Shown here one piece after another: positions 37,640 through 45,608 of a DNA stretch of 64,000 nt. Under the pieces are notes generated by a model. The model saw only the letters and a list, made by a program, of their open reading frames with translations, was not told where the DNA came from and did no database searches. The position numbers and the translations under genes were made by a program. This DNA comes from Pseudomonadota bacterium (GTDB lineage: Bacteria > Pseudomonadota > Alphaproteobacteria > UBA8366): the NCBI GenBank assembly GCA_036337155.1, contig JAYZET010000004.1, forward strand, positions 8,352-72,351, given 5' to 3'. Within the stretch, counting starts at the first letter, position 1; each line of letters opens with the position of its first letter.

Positions 37640-39142
37640 TCAGGGTGAGGATTTGTTTAATTTCTCCCGTAGTACCCGTTTCAGCACCTTGCCGGAGGGG
37701 TTGCGCGGCAGTTCGTCAACAATATGCAGTTCCTTGGGGCTCTTGAAGCCGGCAAGATGATTTCGGCAATGGGTGTCCAGGTCCCTATAATCGAGCAAAG
37801 CCCCCGGCTTCGGTACCACGACGGCGACGACCCGCTCGCCCCATTTATCATCCGGCAGTCCGACGATCGCGGCTTCCAGAACCTCTTCCATTTGATAGAC
37901 GATGCGTTCGACTTCGGAGGAGGCAATGTTCTCACCGCCGGAAATTATCATGTCCTTCTTGCGGTCTGTGAGATAGAGGAAGCCGTCTTCATCGAGATAG
38001 CCGATGTCGCCTGTTCGGAACCAATCATCGGCGTAAAAGGCTCCTGAGGTTCTCTCCGCGTCACGCCAGTAGCCTTCGGTGATTTTCGGTCCACGCAGAC
38101 AGATTTCTCCATCCACGTGGGGCGGTAAGGTTCGGCCACCTGCGTCTCGGATGTCCAGTTCGACGTGCATGATGGCGCGCCCAGTTGAACCGATTTTCTC
38201 GATCTCCATGCCGGCTTCCATCAATGTGTCGCCGCCGAAACTCTCTGTCAGACCGTAAGCATCGATATACCGGGCTTCGGTGAAAAGGTTACCAAATTCG
38301 CGGATCCGGGTCTCCGGTGTACGCTCACCCCCGCCGATGCACCACCGAAGCGATGAAACGTCATAGTCTCCGCGTGCTGGATGATTGAGGATCATGTTCG
38401 TCATGACTGGGGCGAACCAGGCCCCTGTGATTTTCTCATCGCGGATAGTGGCGAGAGATGCTTCCGGATCGAACTCGCGATGGATAACAAGGGTACCCCC
38501 AGACCACAACGTGCTAATCCCCGGAAGATCGATGCCGCCGACATGATACATTGGGCCGACGACCAATAGCGTATCTTTGGCGGACTGCCGCAGTGCTACA
38601 GCTTGGCCCATCGTCTTCCAATAGAAGTTGTCGTAGCGGTGAATTACGCCCTTCGGATGATCCGTCGTCCCAGAGGTATACATCAAACGGTATAGATCGC
38701 TGCCCCTCCGGCGTACAGCGTTTGGCCGGTCATCTCCTGTGGCGAGAGCCCGTATATCTCGCTGCGCATCGGCGTCAATCGTCTGCAGGTTAGGCAATCT
38801 AGAGGCGGCTTCTGCCAACGCATCGTCAGCGAGCATCAGCTTTACGCCGGCATGGTCGTGTATATAATCAATCTCCGCTGCCGCCAGCCGATAGTTGACC
38901 GGCAGCAGTACCGCACCGATATGGCTTGCCCCTAGCGCGAGGTCGAGAAACCCCGCGCTATTTTTCATCATTAGCGCTACGATGTCGTTGGCCCTGATGT
39001 CCTGATCGAGGAGCCAACCGGAGGCCGCCAATGCGCGGTCTAGTAACTCCGCGTAGGTAATACGCTGGTCCTCGTAGATGACGGCGAGGGCATCTGGGCG
39101 TTCTGTTGCATGAAACTGGATGAAGGAGGTCAGATTGTGCAT
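37640..39142 (-). CDS. AMP-dependent acyl-CoA synthetase/ligase
   Basis: YTSGTTDHPKG AMP-binding motif, GYLDEDGFLYLTDRKKDMI, and C-terminal PRNPSGKVLKR. Confidence 0.85.
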   Translation of the reverse strand: MHNLTSFIQFHATERPDALAVIYEDQRITYAELLDRALAASGWLLDQDIRANDIVALMMKNSAGFLDLALGASHIGAVLLPVNYRLAAAEIDYIHDHAGVKLMLADDALAEAASRLPNLQTIDADAQRDIRALATGDDRPNAVRRRGSDLYRLMYTSGTTDHPKGVIHRYDNFYWKTMGQAVALRQSAKDTLLVVGPMYHVGGIDLPGISTLWSGGTLVIHREFDPEASLATIRDEKITGAWFAPVMTNMILNHPARGDYDVSSLRWCIGGGERTPETRIREFGNLFTEARYIDAYGLTESFGGDTLMEAGMEIEKIGSTGRAIMHVELDIRDAGGRTLPPHVDGEICLRGPKITEGYWRDAERTSGAFYADDWFRTGDIGYLDEDGFLYLTDRKKDMIISGGENIASSEVERIVYQMEEVLEAAIVGLPDDKWGERVVAVVVPKPGALLDYRDLDTHCRNHLAGFKSPKELHIVDELPRNPSGKVLKRVLREKLNKSSP

Positions 39143-39259
39143 GCGCGTACCTCGAAGCGGCACGTGAGACCGCTATATCAAAATTGGGCCGTGCACTGGG
39201 GCTGTCCAGCGCCCGGAATCGACTGATAGGAGGCCGCCATTATTACCGTTCCCACCGCC

Positions 39260-40315
39260 GTGCTCGACAACCAGATTGCCGAAATCTACCGCGCCTGGGG
39301 TATGATAGAAGAGGTCATTGAGGTGACTGTTCGAAATATGATCGAGGCCGACCTACGGGGCATCGATTCGCATGGTGTAGGGATGCTTCCCACCTATAAC
39401 CTTCGGCGGAAGCAGGGTATAGTTGATCCGCAAGGAGAGCTAACGATGGTGCGCGACTTCGCGGCTACTGCGCTGCTGGACGCCGGCAACGCGCTTGGCC
39501 ACTACGCCACCACGAAAGCGATGAAAATGGCCTGTGACAAGGCGAAGGAATTTGGCGTTGGCGTGGTTACAGTCCGGCGGTCTAACCACTATGGTGCGGC
39601 AGGGGTCTACTCGACGATGGCGGCGGATCGTGGCATGGTGGGCGTGTGCATGACCGGTTCCAGCCAGGCTGCGGTTCTGCCAACCTATGCGAAGGAACCG
39701 CGGTTCAGCACAAACCCCATCGCGGTCGCTGCACCCGGTTTAAAGAATGAACACTTCTCGCTCGATATGGCAACCAGCACGGTCGCAGTTGGAAAACTTA
39801 ATATTGCGCGCCGTGCCGGAAAAGAAATTCCTCTCGGCTGGGCGGCTGACGAAACTGGCATGCCGACAACCGATCCGGTCGTTGCCCTTAACGCAGTTCC
39901 CAAACGGCTCACGCCCATTGGTGGGACGCGCGAACTGGGCTCCCATAAAGGGTACGGGCTGGGACTGGTGGTCGAAATCTTGAGTAGCGTGCTGTCAGGC
40001 TCCTATACTGGCGCCACCGACGTCATAACGGGGGAGAAGGGCGAGAACATGAATATTGGGCACTTCTGTCTTGCCATCGACCCTGGCGCCTTCCGCGAAG
40101 AAGGCGCCTTTGAGACGCATATGGATGCGCTGATGGATTGGATGCGCGATACGCCAGCGCTTGATCCGGCGCAGCCGGTCTTGGTACCTGGCGACCCGGA
40201 GCATGAAATGAGGAAAATTCGGGTGGAGGAAGGAATTCCGATGACTGATACTCTTGTTAAAGAGGTGTGGGATGTCGCCAAGGAAACGGGTGCGCCGTTC
40301 TTCATTGGGAACTGA
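39260..40315 (+). CDS. Ldh_2-family (malate/L-lactate/sulfolactate-type) NAD(P)H oxidoreductase
   Basis: GIDSHGV, NHYGAAG and SHKGYGL motifs. GTG 39260 is the first canonical start. The frame is open upstream to a strong SD followed by ATT (see finding). Confidence 0.85.
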   Translation: MLDNQIAEIYRAWGMIEEVIEVTVRNMIEADLRGIDSHGVGMLPTYNLRRKQGIVDPQGELTMVRDFAATALLDAGNALGHYATTKAMKMACDKAKEFGVGVVTVRRSNHYGAAGVYSTMAADRGMVGVCMTGSSQAAVLPTYAKEPRFSTNPIAVAAPGLKNEHFSLDMATSTVAVGKLNIARRAGKEIPLGWAADETGMPTTDPVVALNAVPKRLTPIGGTRELGSHKGYGLGLVVEILSSVLSGSYTGATDVITGEKGENMNIGHFCLAIDPGAFREEGAFETHMDALMDWMRDTPALDPAQPVLVPGDPEHEMRKIRVEEGIPMTDTLVKEVWDVAKETGAPFFIGN

Positions 40316-40757
40316 CTAGATTTCGCATGATCGAGGAAAGATTGCGCACTACTTGGTTGGAATACATATAGTTAAAGGGACTATAGAATGGTTAATAGTG
40401 CGCTGAGCTGACCAAGAGGAGCACAAATCTCCATCCGAAGTTTTCCGCAGTAATGCGAGCCTCAATATGGATAACAATTTCGCCAACTATTTTGAAAAGC
40501 AGGTCAATAACGAGGGATCGAACCTCGGCAACTTATATGGGGCTGGGAGATTCACCTTCGTCGGTTCTCAATAATTAAATTTGGTAGAGTTAAGCCCGCG
40601 ACCGCGACATCGGTGCGGAGCGTGGTGGTTCGTTTGGGCGCTCGTGACCGGCGAGGCCGCGCCGCATGCTCGTGCAGGTGGTGCTGACCTTCGGTCTTGC
40701 TAAAGATTGGCGGTGCGGTGGAATTAGGTTAATTATTGCTGGGGCTTTGGGGGCGAC

Positions 40758-41510
40758 ATGATCAAATTATCCGGTGTAACAAAGGGCTTCGGTGAACTCG
40801 ATGTCTTGCGGGGTGTAAACATCGAATTACATCGCGGTGATTCGATGGTGTTGGTTGGTGGATCTGGTAGTGGGAAATCTCTACTGCTGAAGACGATGAT
40901 CGGCCTTGTGCATCCCGATGCTGGGACGGTGGAGATTGATGGTAAGGACGTGCGTCGGTTGCGGGCGGCCGAACGCCAGGCTTTTGATGACCGGTTTGGC
41001 ATGCTGTTCCAGTATGGCGGTCTTTTCGATGGTATGCCGGTGTGGCGAAACATTGCCTTCAAACAATTACAGACTGGACAGTTGAACGAACGGCAGGCGC
41101 GAGAGCTCGCAGCTGAAAAACTGGCGGTAGTGAACCTCGGTTCGGAAGTGGGAGATCTATATCCGGCAGAGCTTTCGGGAGGGATGCAGAAACGCGTCGG
41201 CCTCGCCCGGGCGATCGCTACAAATCCGGAAGTTCTGTTCCTTGATGAGCCTACGGCCGGGCTCGACCCCATCATGTGCAATATCATTTACGACATGATC
41301 CTAAAGAGTGTAGGGGAACTGGGCGCCACCTCCTTTGTCATAACCAGCGACATGGCGGGTGCCCAGCGTATCTCCAACAAGATAGCGATGTTGCACGAAG
41401 GCCATATCGGTTGGCAGGGCGCCACATCTGATCTATCCGACGCCGATCATCCGGAAGTAAAACGTTTCCTAGAGAGCAAGTCGGGTCGCAGTGGTAATCT
41501 CGCCGCCTGA
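40758..41510 (+). CDS. ABC transporter ATP-binding protein, MlaF-like (COG1127), with atypical H-loop
   Basis: Walker A GGSGSGKS, Q-loop LFQ, signature LSGGMQKRV, Walker B LFLDEPTAGLD. The switch region reads VITSDM instead of the usual ..THD. Confidence 0.8.
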   Translation: MIKLSGVTKGFGELDVLRGVNIELHRGDSMVLVGGSGSGKSLLLKTMIGLVHPDAGTVEIDGKDVRRLRAAERQAFDDRFGMLFQYGGLFDGMPVWRNIAFKQLQTGQLNERQARELAAEKLAVVNLGSEVGDLYPAELSGGMQKRVGLARAIATNPEVLFLDEPTAGLDPIMCNIIYDMILKSVGELGATSFVITSDMAGAQRISNKIAMLHEGHIGWQGATSDLSDADHPEVKRFLESKSGRSGNLAA

Positions 41511-41517
41511 ACTTGGT

Positions 41518-42564
41518 CTAGTATCCGCGTTTCCAATCAAGCACGTTCTCGAGCGGTTGTCCGGCGACATAGGCTTTCAGGTTTCGGCAAAAAAGGTCGA
41601 TTTGCCGGGTACCGCGCACATCAGTCGCTGCTGAAATATGGGGCGTAAACAGCACCCTGTCGTCTTTCCATAGTTCCAAGTCTGGCAGCCGTTCGAATTC
41701 ACCAACATAGACGTCGAGACCGACCCCCCGGATTTTTCCGGATGCAAGTGCCAATTTCAATGCTGTCTCATCAACGATCTCGCCGCGCGCGAGATTACAC
41801 AGAACGACACCGTCCTTCATGGCGCCAAATGTGTCTTCGCCAATCAATTTTTCGGTCTCTGGCGTCCATTGACAGCAGACAGAAACGAAATCAGCGTCTG
41901 GTAAAATTTCGACGAGTTTGTCCGGCGTGTAGATCGCGTCAAATCCGTCAGGTCGCTGCCCGGTAGAGCGACGTGTTCCGATGACACGCATGCCGATTCC
42001 AGCGCAAAGCTTTCCTACGTCCTTACCGATGCCGCCGGTGCCGATTACGCAGACCGTCTTGTCTTTGATCTGAAACGGGTCATAGGCGAGGCGTTCGAAA
42101 TTACCTTTGACTCGGTCAGAGTTGGCCACGTGAAAATTGCGCGCGAAGTAGTAGAACGTCGCGACGGTCCATTCCGCCATCGCCTGAGTATTGCCAAGGC
42201 CGCGCGACGTCGTTACTAGCACGTCGCTTCCCCAGAGATCACCGTTCAAGAGGTTGCTGGCACCGGCGGGTGTTTGGTGAAACCATTTCATATTTGGTGC
42301 GCGTGAGCGGAGGTCGAGTGGAAAGGGAAATCCGCCGAGTACGATCTCTGACTCTTCAAGCAGTGTGTTGCGTTGCTCTCGAGTGCCTTCACCTTTTAGG
42401 TTGGGCGGTAGATATGAGCGGGAAGTGTACTCAGGCCACGTATCACGGAACTCGCCATGGAACCAGTTTGGAGCCATTATGAGGCGAATCGATGGATCGG
42501 TCCCCTCTATCTGCGTTTGGCCCGCCTCTGAAAGCGGGATCATTGAAAGAATATTCAAGACCAT
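41518..42564 (-). CDS. D-isomer-specific 2-hydroxyacid dehydrogenase family protein
   Basis: NAD motif GTGGIGKDVG and catalytic-region RGEIVDE / TPHISA. ATG 42564 (MVLNILS) is preceded by AAGGAAAGAG. The longer ORF would overlap the upstream gene. Confidence 0.85.
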   Translation of the reverse strand: MVLNILSMIPLSEAGQTQIEGTDPSIRLIMAPNWFHGEFRDTWPEYTSRSYLPPNLKGEGTREQRNTLLEESEIVLGGFPFPLDLRSRAPNMKWFHQTPAGASNLLNGDLWGSDVLVTTSRGLGNTQAMAEWTVATFYYFARNFHVANSDRVKGNFERLAYDPFQIKDKTVCVIGTGGIGKDVGKLCAGIGMRVIGTRRSTGQRPDGFDAIYTPDKLVEILPDADFVSVCCQWTPETEKLIGEDTFGAMKDGVVLCNLARGEIVDETALKLALASGKIRGVGLDVYVGEFERLPDLELWKDDRVLFTPHISAATDVRGTRQIDLFCRNLKAYVAGQPLENVLDWKRGY

Positions 42565-42605
42565 ATAATTCTCTTTCCTTTGGTCTGCATAAGTGGGTCG
42601 GATCG

Positions 42606-44330
42606 CTACGCTGTAGCTGCGACCCCGAGACCGAGTTCTTTGATCATCACCTCGCGCATCTTGAATTTTTGCGGCTTGCCGGTAACGGTCATCGGAAGTT
42701 CCGACTTGAAACGGACGTAGCGGGGTACTTTGTAATGTGCAATCTGTCCTCGGCAAAAGGCGAGAATATCATCTTCCGTCGTCCCCCCATCCGTTTTTAA
42801 GACTATCCAAGCGCAGACTTCCTCGCCGAACTTATCGTCGGGTACGCCGAAGACTTGGACTTCTTGAATTGAAGGGTGGCGGTAGAGATATTCCTCGACC
42901 TCACGTGGATACACGTTCTCACCGCCCCGAACGACCATGTCCTTTACCCGGCCAGTGATATTGCAGTAGCCGTTAATGTCGATAACTGCTAGGTCGCCCG
43001 AATGCATCCAGCCATCAATATCTATGGATTCTGAGGTACGTTTAGGCTCCTCCCAATATCCTTTCATTACGGAATATCCACGGGTGCAGAGTTCGCCCTG
43101 TATGCCCGGAGATACAGTATCTCCGTACTTATCGACAATCTTACATTCGATGTGTGGGTGGACCCGCCCGACAGTGGAAACCCGGCGTTCCAGGGGGTCG
43201 CTGTTCGAGGTTTGGAAGGATACGGGGCTAGTTTCTGTCATGCCGTAGGCGATGGTGATCTCGGAGAGGTTCATCTCGGAGACGCACTGCTTCATAACTT
43301 CGATCGGGCAGGGTGCGCCTGCCATGATTCCGGTTCTTAGTTTGGAGAAATCGAAGTTCAATAATTCCGGATGTTGAAGCATGCCAACGAACATTGTAGG
43401 CACGCCGTAGATGGACGTGCATTTCTCTTGCGTAATCGCTTTCAGGCAACTGTCCGGGTCGAACCCCTCCGCCGGAAATACCATGGTGGAAGCTGAGGAA
43501 ACGCATCCGAGGCTTCCCATCACCATTCCGAAACAGTGGTAGAGCGGGACTGGTATGCAAAGACGGTCTGTCTCGTCCATGTTCTGTGCGGCGATGGTGT
43601 ATCGGCCATTGTTAATAATATTTACGTGGGTCAGTGTGGCACCTTTCGGAGCACCTGTGGTCCCAGAAGTGAACTGGATATTGATTGGATCGTTAGGACT
43701 GAGAATTCTGGTTATTGCGTCTAGGTTGGCCGCGTTGCCGTCTCGGCCGCGGTTGACCAATTCGTCAAAGTTCAGCATGCCTGAAGATTTTTTGGCTCCA
43801 GTGCGGATGATCGTGCGCAAGCTGGGCAGCTTTTCCGCAGATAATTTACCTGGCGCTGCATTCGCGAGTTCGGGTGCCAGACCTTGCAGCATGCCGACGT
43901 AGTCGCTGCTCTTAAAATGCGACGCAGTGACCAGTGCGGCGGCACTAACTTTGTTGAGAACGTACTCTACTTCAGAAACACGGTAGGCGGGATTGATAGT
44001 AACGAGTATCAACCCCAAGCGTGCCGTTGCGTACTGTGTCAGCAGCCATTCATAGCGATTTGGCGACCAAATGCCCACTCTATCGCCTTTTGTGAGCCCG
44101 AGTGAAAGAAATCCGTGTGCCAGGGCGTCGACTTCGCGGTCTAGATCCGCCCATGTCCAACGGACGTGTTGTTCGAGAAACACGGCCGCCTCGCGTTGGG
44201 CATGGTTGGCGACCGTTTCCTTTAATAAGTCGGGGATCGTTCGGTGCCACAATTCTGTGCTGCGGTCGCCAACGACATGTGCTCGATCCGTATTTGGGAG
44301 CTGATTGTTTTTGAAGTCAGGTGCGCTCAT
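42606..44330 (-). CDS. AMP-dependent acyl-CoA synthetase (medium/long-chain-like)
   Basis: FTSGTTGAPKGATLTH, YGMTETSP, GDLAVIDINGYCNITGRVKDMV, and C-terminal LPMTVTGKPQKFKMRE. Confidence 0.9.
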   Translation of the reverse strand: MSAPDFKNNQLPNTDRAHVVGDRSTELWHRTIPDLLKETVANHAQREAAVFLEQHVRWTWADLDREVDALAHGFLSLGLTKGDRVGIWSPNRYEWLLTQYATARLGLILVTINPAYRVSEVEYVLNKVSAAALVTASHFKSSDYVGMLQGLAPELANAAPGKLSAEKLPSLRTIIRTGAKKSSGMLNFDELVNRGRDGNAANLDAITRILSPNDPINIQFTSGTTGAPKGATLTHVNIINNGRYTIAAQNMDETDRLCIPVPLYHCFGMVMGSLGCVSSASTMVFPAEGFDPDSCLKAITQEKCTSIYGVPTMFVGMLQHPELLNFDFSKLRTGIMAGAPCPIEVMKQCVSEMNLSEITIAYGMTETSPVSFQTSNSDPLERRVSTVGRVHPHIECKIVDKYGDTVSPGIQGELCTRGYSVMKGYWEEPKRTSESIDIDGWMHSGDLAVIDINGYCNITGRVKDMVVRGGENVYPREVEEYLYRHPSIQEVQVFGVPDDKFGEEVCAWIVLKTDGGTTEDDILAFCRGQIAHYKVPRYVRFKSELPMTVTGKPQKFKMREVMIKELGLGVAATA

Positions 44331-44727
44331 CTAAGACTTCCTCCTGAAAATTTCGCTTGAGTTTACCGGGTGAAAGCCTGCTTCAAAAGCCATCGATGTG
44401 GCAGTCGCGGAGTTTCGTTTTGTAGTCTCAGATTGTTTACCAGAACGCGGCGGCGGTCACCGTCGCTATTTAGCAGTTTGGAGAGCACCGCAGCTTTGTG
44501 TGCGAAAACGTTTAGCAGCACAATGTTATCCTCCGTCAATGGAAACCAAACTCGAGATGCTTTACAGAGCCTCTATTCACTGGAATTTTTTTAATCTCTG
44601 TCACGCTGAACAATTTAGCAGTTTCGCTGGTGTTCCGCTGTCGGGAAAATATATCCGATAACAGTTCTACATGAATTGCCGGCTCAGCCAATGCTAGCTG
44701 CCCGGTGCTTTGGCGAAGGAGGGTGAG

Positions 44728-45588
44728 ATGCGCAAGACCACGAAACTTAGGGAAATGATACGCTCCGGCAAAACTCACTTGGTGCCCGGGGTGTATGATG
44801 GGTTGTCCGCCCGTATTGCGCAGGCGGCAGGCGCCGATATACTTTATGCGACCGGCGGGGGGATTGCCCGTAGTACTGGTATTCCTGACATGGGTCTGAT
44901 CAATCCGGTACAGATCACCGAGCGCTTGGAGCAGATCATCGATGCGGTCGACCTTCCGGTTATCGCTGACTTCGATACGGGCTATGGAAACGCGTTGAAT
45001 GCATTGCATACGCTTAAGGGGTTCGAACGCGCGGGTGTCGCCGGTTTCCATATCGAAGATCAGGTGTTCCCAAAACGATGCGGCCACCTTGAGGGTAAAA
45101 CGGTGGTGCCGGCAGAGGAACTGGCGGTGAAAATTCGTGCCATCAAGGAAAATCAAATAGACCCGGATCTGGTCGTCATAGCTCGCACCGATGCCCTTGC
45201 GGTAGAGGGTTACGAGGCTGCCGTCCTGCGAATGCATAAATATATGGAGGCGGGGGCCGATCTTGCCTTCATCGAAGCGCCACGCAGCATCGAGCAAATC
45301 GAGCAGTTGTCGAAGGACTTGCCCTATCCGAAGCTGCTCAACATGTTCTGGGGCGGCAAGACGCCCGTTGTGCCGCGGGAAAAGCTCGAAGCATGGGGGT
45401 TTAATCTGATGATAGCGCCTGGTGACATGCAGCGAGCCGCGATGCGGGCGATGCGAGACGCTGCCGATGCAATTCTGGCCGAGGGGCACACGGAATCGCT
45501 GAAGGATCGTATGGCGTCATTCGACGATCGCGAGGAAGCCATCAATACTGCGAAGTATATGGAATTGGACGCCCGCTACGCGGTCTGA
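44728..45588 (+). CDS. isocitrate lyase/PEP mutase superfamily protein (2-methylisocitrate lyase PrpB-like)
   Basis: VPGVYDGLSARI, DFDTGYGN, HIEDQVFPKRCGHLEGK and ARTDA motifs. ATG 44728 is preceded by GAAGGAGGG. Confidence 0.85.
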   Translation: MRKTTKLREMIRSGKTHLVPGVYDGLSARIAQAAGADILYATGGGIARSTGIPDMGLINPVQITERLEQIIDAVDLPVIADFDTGYGNALNALHTLKGFERAGVAGFHIEDQVFPKRCGHLEGKTVVPAEELAVKIRAIKENQIDPDLVVIARTDALAVEGYEAAVLRMHKYMEAGADLAFIEAPRSIEQIEQLSKDLPYPKLLNMFWGGKTPVVPREKLEAWGFNLMIAPGDMQRAAMRAMRDAADAILAEGHTESLKDRMASFDDREEAINTAKYMELDARYAV

Positions 45589-45608
45589 ATTGCTTGAAAG
45601 GTTAAGCC

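Noticed and set aside
40733-41287. 184-aa minus-strand ORF
   Set aside because: It is antisense to the MlaF-like ATPase, which has clear Walker and signature motifs. The product is Ser/Arg/Pro-rich, as is typical of shadow ORFs.
44536-45489. 317-aa ORF on the minus strand
   Set aside because: It is entirely antisense to the PrpB-like gene, whose plus-strand product carries unmistakable ICL/PEP-mutase motifs (DFDTGYGN, KRCGHLEGK, ARTDA). The minus-strand product is Arg/His-rich with no recognisable motif. This is a typical shadow ORF.
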